A DNA stretch of 64,000 nt from NCBI GenBank assembly GCA_963665125.2, contig CAXXUK010000001.1:2176001-2240000 (forward strand). Reading direction: 5' to 3'. The notes below the pieces were generated by a model. That model was not told where the DNA came from. It made no database searches and saw nothing but the letters and a program-made list of their open reading frames with translations. Of the stretch, positions 22,034-32,415 are shown piece by piece. The number at the start of each line of letters is the position of its first letter. Positions within the stretch are counted from its first letter, which is position 1. The stretch comes from an uncultured Desulfarculus sp. Its GTDB lineage: Bacteria > Desulfobacterota > Desulfarculia > Desulfarculales > Desulfarculaceae. Position numbers and translations under genes: made by a program.

Positions 22034-23284
22034 ATGCGCGGCGAAATAATCTGCATCGGCGATGAACTGATAAGCGGCCGGGTTGCCGAAGGCAACTCCC
22101 GGTACGCCATGAGCCGTCTCAACCCTTTGGGTTTCGTTGTGCGCTGGGTGGGTATTGTCGGCGACATACCCGAAGACATCACCCACGCCCTGACTCAGGC
22201 CCTGGAGCGGGCGGATTTCGTTATCTGCTGCGGCGGACTGGGGGCCACTGACGACGACATAACGGCCAAGGTGGCGGCCCAGGTCTTCGGCCTGGAATTG
22301 ACCGAGAGCAAGCGCATGGTGGCCAACCTGCGCGCATGCTTCCAGGCCATGGGCATGGAGATGCCCCAGGAGGCCCGCAAGATGGCCTGGCTGCCCGACG
22401 GCGCCAAGGTCTTATGCCCCACCTGCGCCGGGTTCAAGCTCAGCGCCCCGGACGGCAAACCGGTGTTTTTCCTGCCCGGAGTGCCCCGGGAGATGCGCCG
22501 CCTGGTCGACCACAACGTCATCCCCGAACTTCTGTCGTATTTTGGCGAGGGACTGGCCGTGGTCAGCCGCAAGCTGCGCGTCTTCGGCTCGGAAGAGGCC
22601 GAGGTCTGCACCAAGCTCGAAGGTCTGGCCAAAGACGTAGAAGGCGCGTCCGTGGGTTATTATCCGGTGTTTCCAGAGGTGCAGGTTCAGATCAGCATCG
22701 TGGGCAAGGACCCCGACGCCCTGACCGCCAGCCTGGACAAGCTCGTGTCCAGGGCCCAGGAACTGCTGGGCAGCCGCGTGGTGGCCGGAGACGACCCGCT
22801 TGAGGAGGTGGTGGGCCGTAAATTGCGCGATCAGAGCCTGAGCCTGAGCCTGGCAGAGTCATGCACCGGCGGGCTGATCAGCCACCGCGTCACCAGCCGC
22901 CCAGGCTCTTCGGACTATTTCAACCGCGGCCTGATAGTATATTCCAACCAGGCCAAACAGGAACTGTTGGGCGTAAGGGCCGAAACTCTGCGCGACCATG
23001 GCGCGGTGAGCGCCCAGTGCGCTGCCGAGATGGCCAGGGGCGTCCAAGAGCGCTCAGGCTCGGATCTGGGTCTGTCGGTGACGGGCATTGCCGGGCCGGG
23101 CGGCGGCACGCCTGACAAACCGGTGGGCACGGTTTTTTTCGGCCTGGCCGATGCCACGGGCGTGCGCAGCGAAGGCTATGAATTCAAGGGCACCCGTTCG
23201 ATGATCAAGGCCCTGGCCGCGGAAAACGCCCTGGACTGGCTGCGGCGCTATCTGGAGGACCATGCGTTTATTCATAGCTCTTGA
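22034..23284 (+). CDS. cinA: CinA-family protein (MocF-like domain plus NMN deamidase PncC domain)
   Basis: IGDELISG, GGLGATDDD, LPGVPREM, AESCTGG and TGIAGPGGGT; upstream of recA. Confidence 0.93.
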   Translation: MRGEIICIGDELISGRVAEGNSRYAMSRLNPLGFVVRWVGIVGDIPEDITHALTQALERADFVICCGGLGATDDDITAKVAAQVFGLELTESKRMVANLRACFQAMGMEMPQEARKMAWLPDGAKVLCPTCAGFKLSAPDGKPVFFLPGVPREMRRLVDHNVIPELLSYFGEGLAVVSRKLRVFGSEEAEVCTKLEGLAKDVEGASVGYYPVFPEVQVQISIVGKDPDALTASLDKLVSRAQELLGSRVVAGDDPLEEVVGRKLRDQSLSLSLAESCTGGLISHRVTSRPGSSDYFNRGLIVYSNQAKQELLGVRAETLRDHGAVSAQCAAEMARGVQERSGSDLGLSVTGIAGPGGGTPDKPVGTVFFGLADATGVRSEGYEFKGTRSMIKALAAENALDWLRRYLEDHAFIHSS

Positions 23285-23837
23285 GCTTCCCGAAAACGTC
23301 ATCCGCCACGCCGCCGGGATCATCGGCAGGTTGAAGCGCAGCGGCCCTGATATAAAATGGGTGAGGCCCGAGTCACTGCACATTACGCTGAAATTTTTAG
23401 GCGATGTCGAAAAGGATGAAGCCGACGACTTGGCCATGGATTTGGGCGTTGCCTATGGCAATGGCAGGCCCCTGGATCTGTCCGTCGGCGGTTGCGGGGC
23501 CTTCCCCAACCCCAAGCAGCCCAGCGTGATCTGGCTGGGGCTCAACGGCGACACCCAGGGTCTGGTCCGCCTGGCAGCCAAGACCGAGGTCATTTGCGAA
23601 GCCCATGGTTTTCCCAGGGAAAAGCGCGCCTTCAAGCCGCACCTCACCCTGGGCCGGGCCCGCCGGGGCAAAGGCCCGAACACCAGCTTGGCTCCACTCA
23701 GCGCGGCCATCGCCGCCGCAGTCAGGGAGAGCAGCAATGGCCCCAGCTTCCGGGCCGACACCATCGTGCTGATGCAAAGCACTCTGACGCCCAAGGGCGC
23801 TATATATAATCCGGTTACGAAATTCAATCTGGGCTGA
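23262..23837 (+). CDS. thpR: RNA 2',3'-cyclic phosphodiesterase (2H phosphoesterase)
   Basis: MRLFIAL and two HxT motifs (HITLKFLG, PHLTLGR). Confidence 0.92.
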   Translation: MRLFIALELPENVIRHAAGIIGRLKRSGPDIKWVRPESLHITLKFLGDVEKDEADDLAMDLGVAYGNGRPLDLSVGGCGAFPNPKQPSVIWLGLNGDTQGLVRLAAKTEVICEAHGFPREKRAFKPHLTLGRARRGKGPNTSLAPLSAAIAAAVRESSNGPSFRADTIVLMQSTLTPKGAIYNPVTKFNLG

Positions 23838-23864
23838 TTAAGCCTTTAAAAACGGGAGACGACC

Positions 23865-24920
23865 ATGGCCGCCAAAGAAACCGAAAGCCAGATGCGGGAA
23901 AAGGCCATTGACGCCGCTTTGAAGCAGATCGAACGCAATTTCGGACGCGGCTCCATCATGCGCCTGGGCTCCGAAGACATAATCCAGGACGTCACGGCCA
24001 TTTCCACCGGCTCCCTGGGCCTGGACCTGGCCACCGGCGTGGGCGGTATTCCCCACGGCCGCGTGACCGAGATCTATGGCCCGGAATCATCGGGCAAAAC
24101 CACCCTTGCCCTGCATGTTATCGCCGAGGCCCAGAAGACCGGCGGCGTGGCGGCATTCATCGACGCCGAACACGCCCTGGACGTCTCCTATGCCCGCAAA
24201 CTGGGCGTAAACGTCGACGATCTGCTGGTCAGCCAACCCGACACCGGCGAACAGGCCCTGGACATCACCGAGATCCTGGTTCGCTCCGGCGCGGTGGACG
24301 TGCTGGTCATCGACTCGGTGGCCGCCCTGGTACCCCGTGCCGAACTGGAAGGCGAGATGGGTGACAGCCACGTGGGGCTCCAGGCCCGGCTGATGAGCCA
24401 GGCCATGCGCAAGCTCACCAGCGTCATCGCCAAAAGCCGCACGGCGGTGATCTTCATCAACCAGATCCGCATGAAGATCGGCGTCATGTTCGGCAACCCG
24501 GAAACCACCACCGGCGGCAACGCCCTGAAATTCTATTCCTCGTTGCGCCTTGATATCCGCAGCATCGGCAAGATCAAGGACGGGGACACTGAAATCGGCC
24601 GCCGCTCAAGGGTCAAGGTCGTCAAGAACAAGGTGGCCCCGCCCTTCCGCCAGGCCGAGTTTGACGTCATGTTCGGCCTGGGCATCAATAAATTGGGTGA
24701 ATTGGTGGACCTTGGAGTTGCCCAAGATATTGTCACAAAGAGCGGCGCCTGGTATTCATATGGCGAAGAACGCCTTGGCCAAGGCCGTGAAAACGCCTGC
24801 AATCATTTGCGCGAAAATCCGGACCTTGCCGCGGACATCGAGTCGCGGCTCAAAGCTTCATTGGGCATGGTCAAGACCGAGCCCGGCGAGGACTCGGATC
24901 AGGAAACGCAGCAGGCCTAA
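23865..24920 (+). CDS. recA: Recombinase RecA
   Basis: [27 protein letters not shown] and GGNALKFY. Confidence 0.99.
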   Translation: MAAKETESQMREKAIDAALKQIERNFGRGSIMRLGSEDIIQDVTAISTGSLGLDLATGVGGIPHGRVTEIYGPESSGKTTLALHVIAEAQKTGGVAAFIDAEHALDVSYARKLGVNVDDLLVSQPDTGEQALDITEILVRSGAVDVLVIDSVAALVPRAELEGEMGDSHVGLQARLMSQAMRKLTSVIAKSRTAVIFINQIRMKIGVMFGNPETTTGGNALKFYSSLRLDIRSIGKIKDGDTEIGRRSRVKVVKNKVAPPFRQAEFDVMFGLGINKLGELVDLGVAQDIVTKSGAWYSYGEERLGQGRENACNHLRENPDLAADIESRLKASLGMVKTEPGEDSDQETQQA

Positions 24921-24955
24921 GGCCGCGCCGTAAACACATCAGCTAAGGATTACCC

Positions 24956-27619
24956 ATGGCTCTTTCAGGCAATGAGCTTCGCAACAAGTTTCTAGACTAC
25001 TTCGCATCGCAAAACCATCGTGTGGTGACCAGCGGTCCGCTGGTGCCCAAGGACGACCCGACCCTGCTGTTTACCAACGCGGGCATGGTCCAGTTTAAAA
25101 AGCTGTTTCTGGGCCAGGAAAAACGCGACTACAGCCGGGCCACCACCAGCCAGAAGTGCTTCCGGGCATCGGGCAAGCACAACGACCTGGAGAACGTGGG
25201 CCGCACCCCCCGCCACCACACCTTTTTCGAGATGCTGGGCAACTTCAGCTTTGGCGACTACTTCAAGCAGGATGCCATCAGATTCGCCTGGGAACTTCTG
25301 ACCGACGGCTATGGCCTGGACCCGGAAAAGCTTTGGGTCAGCGTCCATGAAAGCGACGCCGACGCCGAAAAACTGTGGCAGTCAGAGGTCGGCGTGCGTC
25401 CCGAACGCATCGTGCGCCTGGGCGATGCCGACAACTTCTGGTCCATGGGCGACACCGGCCCCTGCGGCCCCTGCTCGGAGATCCACATCGACCAGGGCCC
25501 GGAAATGGGCTGCGGCCGGCCCGACTGCGCCGTTGGCTGCGATTGCAGCCGCTACCTGGAGCTGTGGAACCTGGTGTTCATGCAGTACAACCGCGACGAG
25601 ACCGGCAAGATGACACCGCTGCCCAAGCCCAGCATCGACACTGGCATGGGCCTGGAGCGCATCGCCGCGGTGGTCCAGGGCAAACACAGCAACTATGACA
25701 GCGACCTGTTCACGCCGATCCTCAGCCGCGCCGCCGATCTGGCCGAAATCAGCTACGGCGGAGACGCCGAGATGGACATCAGCCTGCGGGTCATCGCCGA
25801 CCACGCCAGGGCCTGCACCTTCCTGATTTCCGACGGCATCCTGCCCAGCAACGAGGGCCGGGGCTACGTTCTGCGGCGCATCCTGCGCCGAGGCGCCCGC
25901 CACGGCCGCAAGCTGGGCCTGCACAAGCCTTTCCTGCACACGGTGGCCATGGCCGTTATCGACGAGATGGTGGGGGCCTACCCCGGCCTCAAGGATTCCC
26001 GAGCCTTTGTGGACAAGGTCATCACCAGCGAGGAAGAGCGTTTTAACGAGACCCTGGACACCGGCCTCAAGCTCTTGTACGACGCCCTGGGCGAGGCCAA
26101 GGCCAAGGGCGAAAAGGCCCTTTCCGGCGGTGTAGCCTTCAAGCTCTACGACACCTTCGGCTTCCCGGTGGACCTGACCCGCACCATCTGCGAGGAAGAA
26201 GGCCTGACCGTTGACGAACCGGGCTTCGAGCAGTCCATGAAGCAGCAGAAAGACCGCTCACGGGCCTCCTGGAAGGGTTCCGGCGAAGAGGCACTCAGCG
26301 GCGTGCTGGCCGAATTGGGCTCCAACGGCTTCAAAACCACCTTTACCGGCTATCAGGGTCTGGAAGGCGAAGGCAAGGTCGAGGCGCTCATCGTTGACGG
26401 CCAGGAAGTCGATTCGGTGGGCGCTGGCCAAAAGGCCGAGTTGGTGGCGGCCGAGACGCCGTTCTACGGCGAAGGCGGCGGCCAGGTTGGCGACATCGGC
26501 GCGATCGCCGGGCCGAGCGGCAAGGCCACGGTCACCGGCACCCTCAAGCCGGGCGGCGACATCTTCGTGCACGGCATCGAGGTCATCGAAGGTTCCATCG
26601 CCAAGGGCGACGAGATCCACCTGGCGGTCGACCACGACGCCCGTTGCAGCACGGCCGGCAACCATACGGCCACCCACCTGCTGCATTCGGCCCTGCGCAA
26701 GGTCCTTGGCGATCACGTAAAGCAGGCCGGATCTATGGTCTCGCCCCAGCGCCTGCGCTTCGACTTTTCTCACTTCGAGGCCATGACACCGCCGCAGATT
26801 CAGGAAGTCGAGCGCCTGGTCAACGAAGGCGTCTTGGCCAACATAGAATTGCAGACCCACATAATGAAGGCCAACGACGCCATGGAAAGCGGGGCAACGG
26901 CCCTGTTCGGCGAAAAATACGGCGACGAAGTTCGGGTCGTGGAGATTCCCGGTGTTTCCAAGGAACTCTGCGGCGGCACCCATGCCCGGCGCACCGGCGA
27001 CATCGGCCTGTTCAAAATCGTCGCCGAATCGTCCGTTGCCGCCGGCGTGCGGCGCGTCGAGGCCCTGACCGGCAAGGCGGCCCTTGAAGCGGTCCAAGCC
27101 CTGGAGGCCGAGACCCAAAAGGCCGCGGCGGCCCTCAAGGCCCGGCCCTCCGAGTTGTCCGAGCGCATTGAAAAGCTATTGGCCTCCCTCAAGGACCGCG
27201 AGCGCGAGGTGGCCGAACTCAAGACCAAGCTGGCCGGTGCGGGCGGCGGCCGGGACATCCTCTCAGAGGCCGTCAAGATCGGCGACACCAAGCTGCTGGC
27301 CGTCAAGATCGAGATCGACAATCCCAAGGCCCTGCGGACGGTCTCCGATGATCTGTTGGGCAAATTGGGCTCCGGCGTGCTGGTGTTGGGGGCTGCGGCC
27401 GAGGGCAAGGCCTTCCTGCTGGTCCGGGTGACCCAGGATCTGACCGGCATGTTCCACGCGGGTAATATCATCAAGGAACTGGCGCCAATCGTGGGCGGCG
27501 GCGGCGGCGGCAAGCCCGACATGGCCCAGGCAGGCGGCCAGAATCCGGCCAAGCTAGACGAGGCCATGGCCAGGGCAAGGGAATTGGTGCAGTCCCAGGC
27601 AGAGGCGGCCAAGGCCTAG
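24956..27619 (+). CDS. alaS: Alanine--tRNA ligase
   Basis: LLFTNAGM, HHTFFEMLGNFSFGDYFK, DTGMGLER, editing motifs HTATH and ELCGGTH, and GGGGGK. Confidence 0.99.
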   Translation: MALSGNELRNKFLDYFASQNHRVVTSGPLVPKDDPTLLFTNAGMVQFKKLFLGQEKRDYSRATTSQKCFRASGKHNDLENVGRTPRHHTFFEMLGNFSFGDYFKQDAIRFAWELLTDGYGLDPEKLWVSVHESDADAEKLWQSEVGVRPERIVRLGDADNFWSMGDTGPCGPCSEIHIDQGPEMGCGRPDCAVGCDCSRYLELWNLVFMQYNRDETGKMTPLPKPSIDTGMGLERIAAVVQGKHSNYDSDLFTPILSRAADLAEISYGGDAEMDISLRVIADHARACTFLISDGILPSNEGRGYVLRRILRRGARHGRKLGLHKPFLHTVAMAVIDEMVGAYPGLKDSRAFVDKVITSEEERFNETLDTGLKLLYDALGEAKAKGEKALSGGVAFKLYDTFGFPVDLTRTICEEEGLTVDEPGFEQSMKQQKDRSRASWKGSGEEALSGVLAELGSNGFKTTFTGYQGLEGEGKVEALIVDGQEVDSVGAGQKAELVAAETPFYGEGGGQVGDIGAIAGPSGKATVTGTLKPGGDIFVHGIEVIEGSIAKGDEIHLAVDHDARCSTAGNHTATHLLHSALRKVLGDHVKQAGSMVSPQRLRFDFSHFEAMTPPQIQEVERLVNEGVLANIELQTHIMKANDAMESGATALFGEKYGDEVRVVEIPGVSKELCGGTHARRTGDIGLFKIVAESSVAAGVRRVEALTGKAALEAVQALEAETQKAAAALKARPSELSERIEKLLASLKDREREVAELKTKLAGAGGGRDILSEAVKIGDTKLLAVKIEIDNPKALRTVSDDLLGKLGSGVLVLGAAAEGKAFLLVRVTQDLTGMFHAGNIIKELAPIVGGGGGGKPDMAQAGGQNPAKLDEAMARARELVQSQAEAAKA

Positions 27620-27640
27620 TCCGAATCAAAAGAGGCAACC

Positions 27641-27677
27641 AACGGGCGTTCCCAAACGGAGCGCCCGTTTTTATTTT
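27641..27677 (+). terminator. Intrinsic terminator after alaS, between convergent genes
   Basis: AACGGGCGTTCC/GGAGCGCCCGTT stem followed by TTTATTTT. Confidence 0.78.
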
Positions 27678-28168
27678 CCGGCCTTTACGGCCCGGCGGCC
27701 CATATCCCACACCACCAAATGATGAAACGGGCGGATCAGGTTGAAGTAAAGCGGCCCGATCATGTTGCGGTAATGCACGATTGTCACCAGATAATGCCTG
27801 CAGGCATTCCCGGCCGGTTCGCAAACGTCCACGAGTATGGCCTCAAGGTGAGAGTCGGCGATGCTTGCCGCCCAAAGCTCGCCTTCGCTGGCCGCCTTAA
27901 CGGTCCACATTCCAACGACGGACCCTGGCTGCATGGGCACATCCTGGGGCCGATAATCAAGTTTGGCCGGGGTCTGATGCGCGAGGCCCAGGACCTTGGC
28001 CAACCAGCCCCGCGCCTTATAGAGAAAACTCATCCAGCCCGGAGCCCGGCCAAACAGGCCGGCGACGAACAGGCGCAAATCCGCCGGCCCCTCAAATACC
28101 TTACAGTCCACATGATCGGCGTCTCGCGTCAACTCATTCAAGATTGAATTGGCGGGCAGTGTGGCCAT
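27671..28168 (-). CDS. DUF2867-family protein
   Basis: P.W...LY.AR..LAK.LGL, D.HL and YF.LIRPFHHLVV pattern. Confidence 0.7.
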   Translation of the reverse strand: MATLPANSILNELTRDADHVDCKVFEGPADLRLFVAGLFGRAPGWMSFLYKARGWLAKVLGLAHQTPAKLDYRPQDVPMQPGSVVGMWTVKAASEGELWAASIADSHLEAILVDVCEPAGNACRHYLVTIVHYRNMIGPLYFNLIRPFHHLVVWDMGRRAVKAGK

Positions 28169-28180
28169 CCAGGCAACTCC

Positions 28181-28217
28181 AAAACAAAAGGGACGCTGCG
28201 GCTTCTGGCAGCGTCCC
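28181..28217 (-). terminator. Intrinsic terminator of trxA-trxB-bamD
   Basis: GGGACGCTGC/GCAGCGTCCC stem followed by TTTTGTTTT on the minus strand. Confidence 0.75.
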
Positions 28218-28243
28218 CTTGGAAATCGTCTCGGCGCAACAGC

Positions 28244-29122
28244 TTAGTAAGGCTCGTCCCTGGAAACCTCGGTGGCCGGGAACGGCTGTTCGGCGTGCTC
28301 TTCGAGCTTTTGATCTTTTTCAGCCTGTTTTTTAACCTTTTCCTCTTCGATGGTCTCCTCGTCCGTTTGACCGGCAGCCACCTCGGCGGCTTCCTTGGCC
28401 GCTTCCTCGGCCTTTTCAGCTTCTTCTTCGGCCAGATCGTTTTGCGCGTTGCGCATTCCGGTCATGGCTTCATCGTAGAGCCCCACGTCGGGATATTTGG
28501 TCAACACCTTGTCAAAACGGTGAATCGCAGCCTTGTATTTATCGATGCTGTAATAGAACTGCGCGACTTCGAGATCGTGCTCTGCGGCCCTAGCCGCTGA
28601 TTCCTGCAAACGGGGCATTGCCTTGATCGACCATTCGTTGTTGGGATAGTCGCGAACCAGTTTCTGGAAGGCCTTCATGGACTTTTCGGCAAAGGTTGGG
28701 TCGCGGTCCGGCGTTAGCATCTGGGCGTGGTAGACCATGCCTATCTGATACATTGCGTAGGGCACGCCCTCGTTCTTGGGATGCAGCCTGATGAAGTCCT
28801 CGTAAGACAGAACCGCTTCATCAAAACGATCGGATTTGAAATAGGCGTCACCCACCCGCAGGTCGGCCAGAAGGGCAAACTTGCTGTAAGGATAGCGGTC
28901 CTTGAGTTGCTGGAATGATTCAGCCGCTTCCTCATATTCGCCGTCTTGGTAAAGCTGCTCGGCCTCGGTGGCCAAAACCTGGGCGGGCGTGTCAAACGCC
29001 TGCTCGGCCCCGTCGCCGGTGGAACCACTGAAAAAGTTGCTGACAGTGGAGCAGCCTGAGACAAAGGCCAGACAAATCAGCATTCCTGCCAGGGCAAAGA
29101 ATTTGCTCTTGGAAATAATCAT
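28244..29122 (-). CDS. bamD: Outer membrane protein assembly lipoprotein BamD
   Basis: Lipobox VSGC, TPR motifs (RYPYS, FIRLHP, YAMYQ, DRDP) and an acidic tail. Confidence 0.9.
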   Translation of the reverse strand: MIISKSKFFALAGMLICLAFVSGCSTVSNFFSGSTGDGAEQAFDTPAQVLATEAEQLYQDGEYEEAAESFQQLKDRYPYSKFALLADLRVGDAYFKSDRFDEAVLSYEDFIRLHPKNEGVPYAMYQIGMVYHAQMLTPDRDPTFAEKSMKAFQKLVRDYPNNEWSIKAMPRLQESAARAAEHDLEVAQFYYSIDKYKAAIHRFDKVLTKYPDVGLYDEAMTGMRNAQNDLAEEEAEKAEEAAKEAAEVAAGQTDEETIEEEKVKKQAEKDQKLEEHAEQPFPATEVSRDEPY

Positions 29123-30039
29123 TCCTGCTCTTCCAGGTAGCGTTGTGCCGCGAACGCAGCGGTGGCACCCTCACCGGCAGCCACCACTATCTGGCGCAGC
29201 AGTTTGCTGCAGCAATCCCCAGCCGCGAAAACGCCGGGCATGCTGGTTTTCTGGTCGCCAAAGGTCTTGATAAAACCGCGGTCGTCAAGCTCGATGGCAC
29301 CGGTGCAGAAGCCCGTGGCTGGTTTGGTGCCTACAAAGACAAATACGCCATCGCAGTCCAGATCAAACTGGCGATCCTGTTTGAGGTCCTTCAGAGTGAT
29401 GCTTTTGACCCCGTCAGCGCCGTTTACAGATATCGGCACGTGGGACCATAGCATCTCAATCTTTTCGTTGGCCAACACCCGCTCTTGAAGGATTTTCGTT
29501 GCCCGTAATTCATCGCGGCGGTGGGCCAGATAAACTTTTTTGGCGAACTTGGTCAGAAACAGCGCCTCTTCAGCGGCGGTGTCGCCGCCGCCCAGACAGA
29601 CCACCGTCTGTTCGCGGTAAAACGGCGCGTCGCAGGTGCCACAATAGGAGACGCCCTTGCCTGTCAGTTCCGCCTCGCCGGGGATGCCCAACTCGGCCGG
29701 TTGGGCGCCCATGGTCAGGATCACGGCCTTGGACTGGATCTGACCGTCGGCAAAGTGAAGCACCGGCCTGCCGTCAACGTTGTCAAGGCCCGTAACTTCC
29801 CGGCTGGCGATCTCCAGGCCGAATTTCAAGGCATGATCACGCATGCGGTCGGCCAAATCAAAACCACTGACACCGTCCATATCGCCGGGCCAGTTTTCGA
29901 TCCAATCGGTGCTGAGCACCTGACCACCGGGGCTCAGGCGCTCATACATCACCACGTCCATCCGCGCACGGGCGGCATAAAGACCGGCGGTGAGCCCGGC
30001 AGGCCCTCCGCCGACAATCACCAAATCACGGCTTTCCAT
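29119..30039 (-). CDS. trxB: Thioredoxin-disulfide reductase
   Basis: GGGPAGLTA, GVSYCGTCD, GGGDTA.EEA and HRRDELRA. Confidence 0.96.
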   Translation of the reverse strand: MESRDLVIVGGGPAGLTAGLYAARARMDVVMYERLSPGGQVLSTDWIENWPGDMDGVSGFDLADRMRDHALKFGLEIASREVTGLDNVDGRPVLHFADGQIQSKAVILTMGAQPAELGIPGEAELTGKGVSYCGTCDAPFYREQTVVCLGGGDTAAEEALFLTKFAKKVYLAHRRDELRATKILQERVLANEKIEMLWSHVPISVNGADGVKSITLKDLKQDRQFDLDCDGVFVFVGTKPATGFCTGAIELDDRGFIKTFGDQKTSMPGVFAAGDCCSKLLRQIVVAAGEGATAAFAAQRYLEEQE

Positions 30040-30060
30040 TTTCCAACTTTCGCCGTAGGT

Positions 30061-30387
30061 CTACAGCACCTTTTTCATGGCTTCTTCGATGTGGGCCTTG
30101 CTCACCGCGCCGGTGATCTGGTCCACCATCTCGCCGCCCTTGAACAGAATCAGGGTCGGGATTGCCCGAATGCCGTATTGACCAGGGGTCTTGGGACTTT
30201 CATCCACATTGAGCTTGGCCACTTTGACCTTGCCGGAGTAATCCTCGGAAAGTTCCTCGACCACCGGAGCGATAGCCCGGCAGGGGCCGCACCAGGAGGC
30301 CCAGAAATCGACCAAGGCGGGAAGATCGGACTGAAGGATTTCCTTTTCAAAGGTCTCGTCACTGACCTGCAGAACGTTGCCAGCCAT
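30061..30387 (-). CDS. trxA: Thioredoxin
   Basis: DFWASWCGPC; 108 aa; AGGAG RBS. Confidence 0.97.
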   Translation of the reverse strand: MAGNVLQVSDETFEKEILQSDLPALVDFWASWCGPCRAIAPVVEELSEDYSGKVKVAKLNVDESPKTPGQYGIRAIPTLILFKGGEMVDQITGAVSKAHIEEAMKKVL

Positions 30388-30460
30388 GAAAGCCTGCTCC
30401 TTTTGACTACTTATTTAGTGGCGCGGCCCAACCGAGCCGGGATAACTGTTTAGTCTTTAA

Positions 30461-30489
30461 TTTATATGGTTCAAACCATATATTGTCAA
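30461..30489 (-). promoter_or_regulatory. Sigma70 promoter of trxA (TTGACA-N17-TATAAA) overlapped by a perfect palindrome at 30463-30482
   Basis: On the minus strand, TTGACA at 30489-30484 and TATAAA at 30466-30461; inverted repeat TATATGGTT-CA-AACCATATA. Confidence 0.75.
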
Positions 30490-30598
30490 ATCAATAGGTA
30501 TATCATTGACCATGCTTAATTGTGCGTGTCTTGCCATGTGGTTGTTGACACGATCACCTTGCGAATGTTTATGATGCGCCAACCTCAAGGAGTTTGCA

Positions 30599-31936
30599 AT
30601 GGCCAAAGTGCGTGCGGTGTTCGTCTGTCAGAACTGCGGGGCCAGCCAGCCCAAGTGGCTGGGGCGCTGCCCCTCCTGCGACGCCTGGGACAGTCTGGTG
30701 GAACAAACCGCACCATCGGCCGCATCAGGCGCCTCACCCTCCGCCACGCCGGTTCCCCTTAGCGCGGCCGGCGGCATGGACTACCAGCGCACCGAAATCG
30801 GCGTCAGCGAGCTTGACCGCGTCCTGGGGGGCGGCCTGGCCCGGGGCATGGCCATAGTGGTGGGCGGAGAGCCGGGCATCGGCAAATCCACGCTCATGCT
30901 TCAGGTGGCGGCCAGGCTTTCGCGACGCGGCCAAAAGGTCTTGTATGTATCGGCCGAGGAGTCAGTGCATCAGGTGGGCCTGCGGGCCGACCGCCTGGGC
31001 GTGGACGGCCCCAGTGTTGACGTGCTGGCGGAAACTACCCTGGAGCCCGTGTTGGAGCTTATGGCCGGGGGCGGCTACGGAGCCGTGGTGGTGGACTCGG
31101 TGCAGACCGTTCGTAGCGCCGAGATGGGCGGCGCGGCCGGTTCGGTGAGCCAGGTGCGGCACTGCGCCGCCGAGCTGATCAACCTGGCCAAGGCCAAAGG
31201 CGCGGCGCTGTTTCTGGTGGGCCATGTGACCAAGGAAGGCTCCCTGGCCGGGCCCAGGGTCTTGGAGCACATGGTGGACACGGTATTGCACTTCGAGTCC
31301 GAGCCGTCCATGCGCCTGCGCCTGCTGCGGGCCATCAAAAACCGTTTCGGCGCCACCGACGAGGTGGGGGTGTTCGAAATGAGCGAGCGTGGCCTGATCC
31401 CGGTCAGCGACCCGTCGGCCGTGCTGTTGGCCAACCGGCCGGCAGGAGCCCCGGGCAGCGTGGTCTGCGCGGCGGTCACCGGCACCAGACCTCTGTTGGT
31501 GGAAATCCAGGCCCTGGTCAGCCCCTCTGGCCTGGCCGTGCCCCGGAGGCAGGCCCTGGGCGTGGATTCGGGCCGGTTGGCCATGCTCTGCGCGGTGCTC
31601 TCGATCCACGCAGGGCTTGATCTTTCGGGCTGCGACGTGTTCGTCAACGTGGCCGGGGGTATCAAGCTCACCGAACCGGCGGCGGATCTGGCCGTGGCCA
31701 TGGCCATGGCCAGCAGTCTGCGGAGCGCTCCCGCGCCCCACGACGCGGTGTATTTCGGAGAAATAGGCCTGGCCGGTGAGCTGCGGGCCGTTGGCCGCAC
31801 CCAGGCCCGCCTGGCCGAGGCGTCCCGCCAGGGATTCAAACAGGCCCACACGGCCACGGGCGGCAAGGAAAACCAAAACAACATCAAGGTCGTGCGCAGC
31901 TCAAACCTGAGCATGATGCTAGAGCGCAACTTGTAG
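30599..31936 (+). CDS. radA: DNA repair protein RadA/Sms
   Basis: C4 zinc finger, GEPGIGKST, KNRFG and a Lon-like C-terminus. Confidence 0.97.
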   Translation: MAKVRAVFVCQNCGASQPKWLGRCPSCDAWDSLVEQTAPSAASGASPSATPVPLSAAGGMDYQRTEIGVSELDRVLGGGLARGMAIVVGGEPGIGKSTLMLQVAARLSRRGQKVLYVSAEESVHQVGLRADRLGVDGPSVDVLAETTLEPVLELMAGGGYGAVVVDSVQTVRSAEMGGAAGSVSQVRHCAAELINLAKAKGAALFLVGHVTKEGSLAGPRVLEHMVDTVLHFESEPSMRLRLLRAIKNRFGATDEVGVFEMSERGLIPVSDPSAVLLANRPAGAPGSVVCAAVTGTRPLLVEIQALVSPSGLAVPRRQALGVDSGRLAMLCAVLSIHAGLDLSGCDVFVNVAGGIKLTEPAADLAVAMAMASSLRSAPAPHDAVYFGEIGLAGELRAVGRTQARLAEASRQGFKQAHTATGGKENQNNIKVVRSSNLSMMLERNL

Positions 31937-31993
31937 TCAATATCAGGCCCGGCGTCGCGCGGCATTGCACCGGACCGGACAAGGGAAACAAAC

Positions 31994-32341
31994 ATGGACA
32001 AGGCAGAGGCCAAAAGGAATTACAAAGAGGCCCAAAGGCCCATGGGCATATACAGAATAAAAAACCGGCAAACAGGCGTATCGTACGTTGGTTGCAGCGT
32101 TGATCCCCAGGCCAAGCTGAACAGGCACAAGGCGGAGCTGAAGTTCGGCAGTCACCGAAACAAAGACCTGCTCGCCGAGTGGAAAGCCCTTGGCGAATCG
32201 GCATTTGAATTCGAGGTTATCGACGAGCTTGAGCAGGACAAGGATTCGAAGAACGACCCCATGGAAGAATTGCAAGTCCTGGCCGGGATGTGGATCGGCA
32301 AACTGGAAAAGGCCGGTGACAAGATAGTACCCCTGAAGTAA
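31994..32341 (+). CDS. Small GIY-YIG nuclease-family protein
   Basis: MGIYRIKN...SYVG, RH...L..G.H.N..L..EW and FEFEVI. Confidence 0.78.
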   Translation: MDKAEAKRNYKEAQRPMGIYRIKNRQTGVSYVGCSVDPQAKLNRHKAELKFGSHRNKDLLAEWKALGESAFEFEVIDELEQDKDSKNDPMEELQVLAGMWIGKLEKAGDKIVPLK

Positions 32342-32358
32342 GGCCCTCACGGAGTTGA

Positions 32359-32404
32359 CGCGGGGAAACCCTTTTTAAGCCAATTCATAAAAGGTTTCCC
32401 CGCG
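32359..32404. terminator. Hairpin between convergent genes, probable bidirectional terminator
   Basis: 12-bp inverted repeat CGCGGGGAAACC/GGTTTCCCCGCG, extendable through T/A tracts. Confidence 0.55.
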
Positions 32405-32415
32405 AACTTAAACCG

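Noticed and set aside
22835..22852. (AGCCTG)x3 in cinA and GGC/GAC runs at about 21853-21883
   Set aside because: Short in-frame low-complexity coding repeats; no evidence for phase variation.
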